From contig JAYWIR010000027.1 of NCBI GenBank assembly GCA_036172245.1, forward strand, positions 2,728,001-2,792,000: a stretch of 64,000 bases of DNA, read 5' to 3'. The notes under the pieces are model-generated. The model searched no databases and was not told the origin of the DNA. It saw nothing but the letters and a program-made list of their open reading frames with translations. The stretch's first letter is position 1. The number at the start of each line of letters is the position of its first letter. This document shows positions 33,507-44,863 of the stretch, piece after piece. The DNA comes from Raillietiella orientalis. Taxonomy: Eukaryota. The position numbers and the translations under genes are program-made.

Positions 33507-36500
33507 AATTCCAAAGTCAGATGGTCTTTGTGGTGCTAGTCCCGTGATTGAATTATGCGAAAGCACTGTTCCAGTAAACCCCTAACGCCGAACATAATTC
33601 TCTACCTGTGATATCCAGCCGCTTGATTTCGCTCCCTTTTCAGGCTGCTCATCTCCTTTCCTCACAATATGTCGTCAGGTTCCTCCAATTCTTTGTGGAA
33701 GATTGTAAATCAACGAAAGCATTTATCTTTTGTTATGTAGTTTTTGTGTTTTTGTTTTTAAAGGGACTATTTTTCTGCGAGACTCCATTTTAGTAATGCG
33801 CATCTATGGTAGCAATCGCAGTTTTTTCTTTCAAAGTTTTTTTTTTTTTAAAAAAAAAAAAAAAATGCAAATTACGAAACTACGAGTGACCTAGATTTGA
33901 ATATATTAGAATGTAAAGCACCGTAAAGTTGAGCAATAAAACAATTCCCTGTAATTCTGCATATTCCATCGCATGTTTGTTTTCACACTGCAAATTTGGA
34001 AGCAGTCGTTCCAGGTTTTCAGTGTGTGACCGAAAAGGTAAAAAAAAAAAAAAAAAATGGTCGTTTCCGGGAACTAGAATACACGGCGCAAATCTTCTCC
34101 GTAGCATACGACATGCCTTTGTGGTGTAGAGCAAAGTAGTTGATTCTTTAGTATCTCCTGGTGACTGTTACAGTGCCCTGCATATTTAAAACGAGCTTTT
34201 AACACAGTAGCAGTAATGTTTTTTTTTTTCTTTTTTTCTAATTTCAAATCTTGGATTCACCGCAGGCTCTCTCTCCGGGTTAAGGCTCTGCAATAGAAGT
34301 TTGCATGGGGATGTTTTCTGTGAGGGCCCTGAGACACCCTAGGGTGAAACCGCGTGCATGCTAGCTGGCAACCTATCGGCTTAATCGGCGTTTTGCAAGA
34401 GTTACTACCTGGTCAGCCATTCCACTTGGGGTGAACGAAATTGGCTCCGACGAGTGACCAGAAAGTCAAATGCGACTTTTTCCATCCTTTTGATTGTTTA
34501 CTTTTAACCTCTTCACCATATGTAAAACCTGACGGTTGTACAGCCTGGCGAGCACTGCCATCACCGATTGTGAGTAGACCGAAGCGAGGACGCCAAAGAA
34601 TGCACTCTGATGCCTGCTCGACCTACTCAGTGCGGGAACCTACTTCACAAGGCTTAGCAAATGTTTTGCCAGTGGTCTGAGAATTCACGGATTCCCAGAT
34701 TGGAAAACTTGACCTTGCTTTACTTTTCGGTATGATTTTTCCTCTGAATTATTTTTCCCTGAAATCCCGATCCATCAAGGAATGCGTTGTTACTTCGGTC
34801 CCCCAAACTACAAGACTAAAGTGTGAAAACGTAAATGAAATCGGAGTGAAGGAGTAGACCCCATCCCATCGTGACATAAATGCTAAAGATTTCTCAGCCA
34901 CATTTTCTAGTTGCTTTTCCTAACTACAGAATCAGGTTAAAACTTAAGAGTATAATCTCCATTCACATAAACGTCGTCATTCCTCAAGAAGGAACTCTTT
35001 CTTTCTCAGAGGGATTCAGGTGGTTTCACTTATTTTCAACGGAGAGTATCAAATACAAGACTCTAAAGTAGACATTCATTTTTTTTTTTGTTATGCAAAG
35101 CAGTTTCCAAGATTTTCTAGTATACGAAAAAAAAAAAAAACTGAACGATTATCTATCAAAGCAGCAAATCTTCACCGAAGTGTCACGTCCATAAATCTCG
35201 TGAAGACGAGGCTTTCCCATAGACAAGTAAAGAGAATATTTATTGATGCTGGGTACCGCAATTTTCCTGTTTCCAATGCAAAATGATCCGCAATCAATGC
35301 CAAAACAGAGAAAGGAGCTCCCACTTGGTGGTACTGGCTGGTAGTCAGTGTCAGCTTGAATTCTTTGGCGTTCTTTACGAATACAGATCTGACGCTAGAA
35401 GGAATATAGCTTCAATCTTGGTTGGAGTCCCATATAAATACGGGTTTTCTTATTCACGTTTCGAAAGACGTAAGAATCAAGTCCCCTAGACTTGATGGTT
35501 TCGTTTGGAGACAAAAGGATAGGAATTATTGTGTGGAACATGGCATCTGTTCTTTTTTTCTGGTTATTGCACGTGTATTACAGGCTAAAAACTCAGTGAC
35601 ATTATAGTCCATCCGAATTCAACATTACGACCGGTACTCTTTCAAATTGCTTTCCACTTGTCTTCACAAAGAGATCCTCGGGATCTTCTTTAGCATCCTG
35701 AGAGCGGTAATTGGTGCGTAAGCAAATATTTTCTGTGTCTAAAAGTGGAATTCGGTTTCCTTTGCATTTGACATTCCAGCGTTTGAGAACGCGGAGAAAG
35801 TTTCACGTAATGCTTCCTTCTAAAGTGTTGCAAATGCATCTTTGGTTTCCTCCAAAAAAAAGTCTCCATCCTCTCACAGATTCAGTATTGACGTTTTTTT
35901 TGGGGGGGAGGGGGGGGGGCGTAGAACAATCCAAAAGATCAAAAGAAAGATCTAGAGTCTTTGAGGATACATGTAAAGAGAAAAATTTTCAGCTTTGCAA
36001 ATCTGCAACTCTGGTTTGTCACTCAGATTAGACATTCTGCATTTTTGAGATTGAAGCAACTGAGTTTTTGATATTTTGCGAAGATCATTTTCGTTGATTT
36101 CTCCTGAAGTAAACTAGATGGTCCAGGAGACGGGTAAGTTCATCTCAACTGCTGAATAGCATTGCATCCCATTCTACTCTGTTTTCTAGAAATTTATTAG
36201 TAGCTCGACCACATTCACATGTGTAAACTAGATGCAAGTAATTGGTAAGAAAGTGGTAAAAGATCAGGAAACGAAAGACTAAATTAAATCTGTTGGGTTG
36301 CCTCTTCTTTTTAACTCATGTCGTGATTTTGAAGGTTGATCCACGACGAGAGGAGACCAGTCCCACAAACTACTTGGGAATACTGATTGTGTTGCATCTT
36401 TTCTCTCTTCTGATGTGAGCCTCCTTCTTCCTGGGAATTCTCATTCTCTCAACACTTCATCATTTGCTGTATCTCAAGATTCCAGAGGTTCAACGATGAA

Positions 36501-37698
36501 TACCGTACTGCCCGCCTTTGCAGTTGAGTTGGAACTAATCTTCGATACCTGCTCCCCAGGTTCTGCTTTGTTTCCTCCGAGGCAGCTTATGTGTGCGGGT
36601 AAGAATAAGCGATTCTTGGCTTCGTCTGGGATCAGTAGGTCTAGCTTTAGCTTCGAAATAGGCTGTTCCGGAATAGGCTGATTGGAGGATACCAACTTCC
36701 AGTGTTCGAATGTTAACTTTTCGATTTCGATCAGCTTGATTGTGACTCTCTGTAGTAATACGCTGAAGATGCAGCCTTACGATTCCATCCATCGTCCACA
36801 TCTCTTGCGAAAGTGATCAGCGTCGTCCTTTGTCCTTTGTCGATCAGCGTCCCAAGTCATTCATCTTGACTGCAACTGATTTTCTTTTTTTTTTTTTTTA
36901 CGAATCAACAGAGTCTGCTTTTTGAATATGAATTCTGAAATCATTGAATATCGGGAATGCTTTCCATTTGGGAAGCCTGACATTGATTAATTTATTCTGA
37001 TTTTTGACTCAAGATACAGAATAAATTTATATAAATCTCCTTTTCTTTTTACACGAAATGCTTCGAAATGATAATTGAAATTTTGAACTTAGCAAAGAGG
37101 AATGGGTATACTCGTGTGCAATTCTCATGTTACATTATGTCATCACTGTGACATTATTGAGACCGTTTTGTCATTCAAGACGCAGATCATAGGGAAAGCT
37201 GAAGCTGTGTACAGAAAGCATCGACTTCGTAGGGACTTTGTGAGCCAGAGTTGAGATGGACTTGATGAAATTTATTGAAATTGTTCAACATATTTAATGA
37301 TGCCAAAGTAATCTTGATGTGGATGTGGGTGCCGCCAACTGCTCTGTCGACTGTCAGGACCTGTGTACGGCCCCTCTCACTGAACGCGTGGCGTGTACCT
37401 TCGGGAAATACAATTTCCATGGAAGTGCAACGTGAAAAAACATTTCCGGTGAAGGACTACCTTCATGTTTGCAACCATGGAATTAGATGCCTTTTTTTTT
37501 TTCCTTCCCTCTTGTAAATGCATAAATGTAACGCTAATAAGTGAAGATAATTTTTGGTGGTCGTACGGCGAAAAAATTTACATAATTGTATATCGGAATT
37601 TTATTTTTAGGGAACTTTTCATCAGAAAATAATACATTACATTTGTTCACTGAAAAGCATGTTGCTCTGTGAATGGCGTTCCTACCACGCTTCTGTTG

Positions 37699-38363
37699 AT
37701 GATGACCAGCCCCCATGCGTGGAGCGGGAAGAGCGCTGTTGACACGGAAGAGGACGATGCAATTGAGACCATGTTAAGGAAAGTGGGATGTTTGAACGAG
37801 CATTACAAAATAATGGTATGTTCAAAAGTGGAAATTCACACTTCTGGCATGCATGGGTTTCTCATGATTTGGCATGCACAAATGGTCCTGAGCATTTCAT
37901 ATGATTTGCTTATCTTCACTTGTAAAGCGGACGTTTTGCAGCGTTTCCCGAATAAAGAAAAGTCTTCGTCGATGTTAATCAGCGTTTATAATTTTTATAC
38001 TCTTAGGACCGGGTTTTTAAGCGAAGAGTTAATGAACGAGCTTATCTGATAGATAAATGTGCATTTCGTTTATAAGTTTGAATCCTCAGAAAAGCTGATC
38101 AGGGAGGACTTGTGCAAAGAATATTTTCAATTCTTCAGTGTCGTTTTGAATAACTCATATCTTTCCGTCAGTAGTCAGTAATTTGTGAACTTGGTGCAAC
38201 TGTAAGCATTCTTGAAAATGTGTCATGTTTAATTTAATTTTTTTTGTACATGTAGGAATGCATGTCGGAACATAGAGATTGGAGAAAGTGCCAGAATTTT
38301 GTCAAAGAATTCCGCATATGTATGGGCAAAAATAAAAACTCAGATCCTGTGCAATCCCAGTGA
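37699..38363 (+). CDS. COA4: Cytochrome c oxidase assembly factor 4 (twin CX9C protein), about 74 aa
   Basis: Exons 37699-37815 and 38256-38363 give EEDDAIETMLRKVGCLNEHYKIM|ECMSEHRDWRKCQNFVKEFRICM: two CX9C motifs and the DWRxC signature of COA4/CHCHD8. Start could be 37699 or 37702. Confidence 0.9.
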
Positions 38364-38389
38364 TTTGCTATATTAGCCAATTTAGGGCA

Positions 38390-38913
38390 ATGGCCTTATC
38401 CACCAATGTTAACTCACATAATGAAACATCCATAGTCCCCGAACTTTCAGAAGTGCACAGACTACCATGTCACATTGATTACAATGGGCCAGCAGCAGTG
38501 TCTTCATATTTTATTGTGGAAGAAACTGTGAAGGATGAATCAACAAAGGAAACAGAATCACACAAGACTCAGGACAAACAGGAAACTGGTATGCACTAAT
38601 TAGATGAAGCTTCATATCTTTTCCAAGTCAAGGCTTCATTTCGTGGAAGAAATCTGATTGGCAGAGTTGTTTCTTTTCCCAATGAGTATGTAGGAGCCCT
38701 TTTAGAGATGCAGGAAGCGGGAGTTGGGTTAGAAGGAATCTTTAATCACTTCACAACTTGGAGCTTTGATGAGAATCCTTATGAGAATCATAGTTTAGAG
38801 AATGCCATTGATTTACTGAAAGTACTTCAAGTGGTAAGTGCAAAGAGAAGTTTGGATGGGAACTTTTTGCTTTTATCCAGTTGCATGAGGTTGATGAAGA
38901 TGGAAATAAATAA
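38390..38913 (+). CDS. RNASEH2C: Ribonuclease H2 subunit C, 145 aa
   Basis: Exons 38390-38588 (VHRLPCHIDYNGPAAVSSYF), 38628-38833 (ASFRGRNLIG...FNHFTTWSFDENP), 38881-38913 (LH...). Introns 39 and 47 nt. Motifs match the RNase H2C family. Confidence 0.92.
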
Positions 38914-38928
38914 GTGCCTTACTGTATA

Positions 38929-41055
38929 TTAATTAAGGGAGCTTGTTGGGGATTCCAAACACTCACTAGGAGGTGGGGGTAGTGAAGAGATTGAAGCGTC
39001 TAACTGATACTTGATTTCATTTTTGTCACGAGCTTCTAAAGCCAGTTGTTGCTTCAAATATATGTTGTTCTTGATATATGCTGCCACTAACAAGTAATAG
39101 TAATGCAGAGCAAATGCTAAAGTCAGGAAAACAATGGCTCCTGTACTTATAGGCACACTCCTGGGAATTTTTGAAAGTATTTCGCTTTTTTCAGTTATAA
39201 ATGCATATAATTGGCAAAAAGGGGGACAGCTTCTTGAAGGACTCAACTGCATCAAAAACATGATAACAGAAAAAAGTAGGGTGAAAAATGTTAGAAGTAA
39301 AGCCAGGGCGACATGTCCATTAAGAAGGGTGGGAGAAACACATATGGGTGGGACCAATAAATGCCAGTGAATAAGCTTGGAAAGTGTCACTGATGTACAG
39401 CAAAGTGCTGCCAGTAGTGGCATAAAAGGGGCAAAATAGAAGGTTGCCCATCCAATGGATTGAATGTAAATAAGTCCAAAAAGGTGATAATGGAGTCCAA
39501 ACAAACATAATCTTGGAAGAAATTTTTGAAACTGGGGAGGCTTGATGGCAAGACCTAAAATGTTGGCCACTACCTGTTGTGTAGTAGCCAGCATTAGAGT
39601 GTTGTAGAGGTGCTGTCCAATCCAAGTTTCCCAGCATGTGATAGGACTGCATTGTAGAGGGTCTACTTCCTTAAATAGGCAGCCAATCAGTACAAGAAGT
39701 AGATATATCCTGAACACCAGTATTCGAGCTGGACCAGTTGCTTCACCTGGGCATTCTTCCATTGCAGTGACCCAATGCGATAGTAAACATGCAGTCAAAT
39801 CCAAAGAAATCAGTGTGATGGAAGGTAGAAATGACTGTTGGTATGCAACTGATGTGCTGCTCATAGAAACAACCATGCATAAGAGTGGCACTGCAAAAAC
39901 AGCTAGTGCTGTTAGACAAACATTGAGAAACAGTTGCCATCGAAGTTTCTTCTTGCTCCACACATTCATTTCCTGTGAATTGCGAAGTAATACACATAGT
40001 TTATTGTATATTGTTGTGTTATGAAGGCCATGGATCCTAGCGGAACGGATGCTAAAAATCCATCCAGAGAAAAGTAGCCTGACACACTCAGAGCGTTCTT
40101 GCCCAGACAGATTGTGTTTCAGTGATTTATGGTAAGAGTTTATGAGTACCACGCTGATCATAAAAACAGATAGTGTAAAACTGCTTAAAATAGCTAATCC
40201 ATCATTAACATTTTTATGTTGAAAGTATGAGATGGATAAGAAATAGGTATTACGAGGCAAGATCGCCTCGTTAGTGCCCTGCTGTGTACTGCAGGATGTG
40301 TTATGATGACATGATTCGTCTCCTTCAGCATGCCGTAGCAGTGAAGTACAAAATGGTAGTATTAGTAAAATGTTCAACAGCCACAGGTAGTACAACCATT
40401 GTAAACTAGTAGAAACAGCCGCACCGTATAAGTACTGTAGCTGTTTATGCAACCATTGTGAAAACCTTGCCAAGAAGCAGTTACTGATTTGTTTTTCCAT
40501 CCACAGCAATAATTGGATTGCCAGAAGCTTATATTTTGCATGGGTGTTCAAGCGTAAGTGAGGAGTGGACTAGGTATATTACTAGGTATCAAATGTTTTC
40601 CATACTCACTCTGAGGAATTTTCTTTTCTGCCGGCGGATCGCCATCGGAGCACTAAGATTACGTAAATTGGCCAGTTCTTGCTGCACTTGGATTTGATTG
40701 TGAATCCTTCCTATACAAAAAATGGTGGTTAATGTAGGCTTATGGTTGTTACCTAAAGTCTGATCCGGAAGAGCACTACATTGTAGAAGATCTGCTTTAC
40801 AAACATTACAAAAGGGCACTTCATAATGAAGGGCTGCATCTATAATGCATGGTCATGGGTCGTTCATTAAATTTGATGAATCCACAATCATACAAACTTA
40901 CGTGAGTGGAGCGGCTCGTTTGCGATCAGTGAAAGTGACACGCACCCTGAAGTATCGGAATTTTTAGGAAGTTTTGAATGATACTTCTCATGATAGAATT
41001 CATTTTCAGCTTCTTCCCATTCCAAAGACTTCTGCCTCTGTTTGCAGTCATCCAT
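38929..41055 (-). CDS. Transmembrane channel-like (TMC family) protein, divergent, about 660 aa
   Basis: Exons 41055-40902 (MDD...WEEAENEFYHE), 40839-40753, 40710-40610 (LRNLSAPMAIRRQKR), 40569-38929 join in frame. Many hydrophobic segments, TMC signature CWETWIGQHLY, LIYIQSIGWATFYFAPFMP, PSRSCPPF, LKQQLALEARDK. Looks closest to the TMC4-8/TMC7-like type, but orthology is not established. Confidence 0.85.
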
Positions 41056-41894
<839 letters not shown>

Positions 41895-44828
41895 TGATGT
41901 CTTTTTAAAGTAAATCTTTTGCCTGTGATCAGTAAGCTGCCCAATTGATTCGTGAGCTGGAGATCGTCTTTGGTTTACAATTATCCTCTTTGTTTTCGTT
42001 CCTCTTGGAATTCTCGGAAAAGAAAAAAAAAAAAAAAAAAAACGAATGGTAGTTGAATCTGTGGGGATTTTCAGATTGGGGGGGGGGGGGGGAGAACGAA
42101 ACTGATTGTGATGTTTGCCTTAGAAGAAAAAACCACGATATTCACCATCGCATGTCCGTTTAATGGCACGTTCTGTGGGCTTTGGAATACGTGGAACCGG
42201 CAAATTTTTTTTTTTTTTGGTGCTTTCAGTTGTGTGCGAGTGTTGGTACGAAGTTCTCCCGGGATCGTGAGTTTGTGGAAATAGCAAGATAAGCATAAAA
42301 AAGTTCAGAGGGAAAAGTCTTCTGGAACGCTCCCTGTTCGACAGTTTCAGCTGAGACAGCACGAGTGTTGGCCAGCGGCCTTTCCATCGGGCCATGGGGA
42401 GTAGGGTTAACAGCAGCCCAACAAGTGGGATGGGGCCTGTCGGCATGCGTGCGGATTCCCAGCCTTCCGTGGGCGCGTCTGCTCCCAAGGAACACTACTG
42501 ACGAGATGGTCAGGTTGCCCACGCCATGGAGCTGCTGGGCCGCTACCAAACTCACCCCCATCCAGTCTTTGGAGGCGCGTGCTTGGCGCTGAGGTCACAA
42601 GCGTTCTTTTTGCGGCAGCTTTTTGTTTTTTTTTTTTTCTCTTAGCCGTGACCTGAGCGTCCGTCGAGGAAATTCATTTGCATCCGGAGCGAAGGGAAGG
42701 AAAGCAATTCTCGAGTTCTTTTTTTTTTTAATGCTCACTCGTGGATTTGCTCTTTTGAGTCGTACTGGTGCGCTTCAACGTTTTTGTTCGGTGGGCACCG
42801 TCGACGTGCTTGGACGAAGAGCCGTATGTTATCGTCATTTCATTTGCGCGAGGTGACATTTTGCTTCCGGTTCTAAGAGGAAAACACCCGGGTGTTAGCG
42901 GTGTTATGGGTACGTGGAATTTTCGAGTTCTCCAATGGAGCGGTGCTGAATGATTGGGTGCGTGTTGCGTTGATGGCCCACGGAGGCCCTGCCTGGCCTT
43001 TATCCTCTGGTGTTGTGCATGAAAAAAAAAAAAAAAAAAATCAATTGGTCCTCTTTTAGATACCGCTAAAGAGAGGGTGGCGATGGAGGTAACGTTCAAT
43101 CAAACGGGGGAGGGGGGGAGGGGGAAGCAGGTTGCGCAAATGCAAATTCTTTCATGCAGCTTGCTATCAGAAGTGGTTGTATTAATGCTTACTCGTGAAG
43201 ATTGGCCTGCATATTTGTAAACATTCGGCCTGTGGATTGCAACATTGATCTAGGGAATTAAACCTGACTACGGGTGATAGCCATACTTATCGATTGCTAT
43301 CTAAAGAGCTCGGCGAGTACAAACAACTTCTGTGTGAGCTCTGTTAGTAGGGTTGAAGACCGGCCCATGTAGTTTCACAGAAAGCACCCTCTGACCACCG
43401 CGATTCGCTTTTCGAACGTGGGTTTACTTGAAATCGGGAACGCGTCGATCCGAAGGATTGCCGTGAGATGAAAAGGGAGGGGGGCGACGCAAAGGTAAAC
43501 TTGGTGAGCCTGCATGGATCCCGGTCGTGTTTGGGAACACGTCTCGGAGATGGCGCTCGCAGTGATGCTGCATGCCTGGTCGGGCGCATGGCAAACGTCT
43601 CTTTTGTGTGAGGCGATGGCATGCGTACGACGAGAGCGAGGCAGGCGAGTGGTCAAGTGTCAGAAATCGTACAGGAAGCCTGTCCTGCCCCACGACCTAG
43701 AATGTGCCGTGAGCAGGCAGCTCGGGATATCATTCCATGCTCGTTTCTCACCAGTACGTGAACAATCTGCATCCGGACAATGCGAAGGCATTCGTACTCG
43801 GTTTGTGTACTGTTGCGCCTGGATTCCCGAGATCGGCGTGTACAAACTGCGTACGTAAAGGGGGGAAGCCAAACCTTTAGCGTTTCGAGCGACAACTCCA
43901 ATGATAAGCAGACCAAATCTGTTTCCTGTTTTCGATGCGATATGCAACGCTTCGTTGCATAGGAAAGGCGAAAATGTGTAAACTACGTTTCAAAACATGC
44001 AATTTTTCTTTTTTTGGAAACACACACACAAAAAAAAAAAGGAAAAAACGAAGAGTAATGCCGGTTTTGCACTACATGCGGCAGCGGTCTAAAGATGCGT
44101 TTCACATATTGTTCCAAGGAAGCAGGAAGACACCGTCACAACGACCGGTATGCGTTGTTCGTGACGTGCTCGTACGTTCCTTTATTTTATTCGATGACGA
44201 ATCTCCACTTTTCCTTCATCACGAGCAAACTTTTAGCAGAGAGACCTTTCGTTAAGGAAGGAACTTTGAAAATCCGCATGTGTGTACAATTGAAACAGAG
44301 GGGGGGGGGGAGGATTCCGATCCTATAGATGTTTCCGTTGACTGCGTCCTGCGGAAGAACCTCCGGTGAGAACCGGGCATGGTCTCAGGAAGCCCGGAAG
44401 CGCGAAAAATCTCAGTGCTTTCCCGGCCAAGAGATCTTCAAGGAGGAAATCGTGAAAGCCGTCTTCGCTTCCTCGCCTTACGTCCTCCCCCGCTGAGGTT
44501 GCGTGTTTTTACGCCAATTGTAAACAAATCCGACTTTCAGCCAAGCATTATCTGAGCAGGGCATTATCAAATTCCCCAGTATGAAAGGAAGAAGATGTTT
44601 GTGTGAATGATCACTGCAGCTCGAAAGCCCCGCACTGAGATGTTCCAGCGAAAGGTCGGGAGGCATTCACCGTACACTTCAGTAGCTGGGCGACCTACGT
44701 GGGACTTTTCTGAAGCGAAGAATGTGGGACCCTTGCGAGGGGAGGTCATCGGTGTTGGACCGGTTCGGTGCTCACTCCGTCTGCTTTGCCGCTGCAAGCG
44801 GATTGCGTTCTTCCCGCCTTCCTTCCTT

Positions 44829-44863
<35 letters not shown>

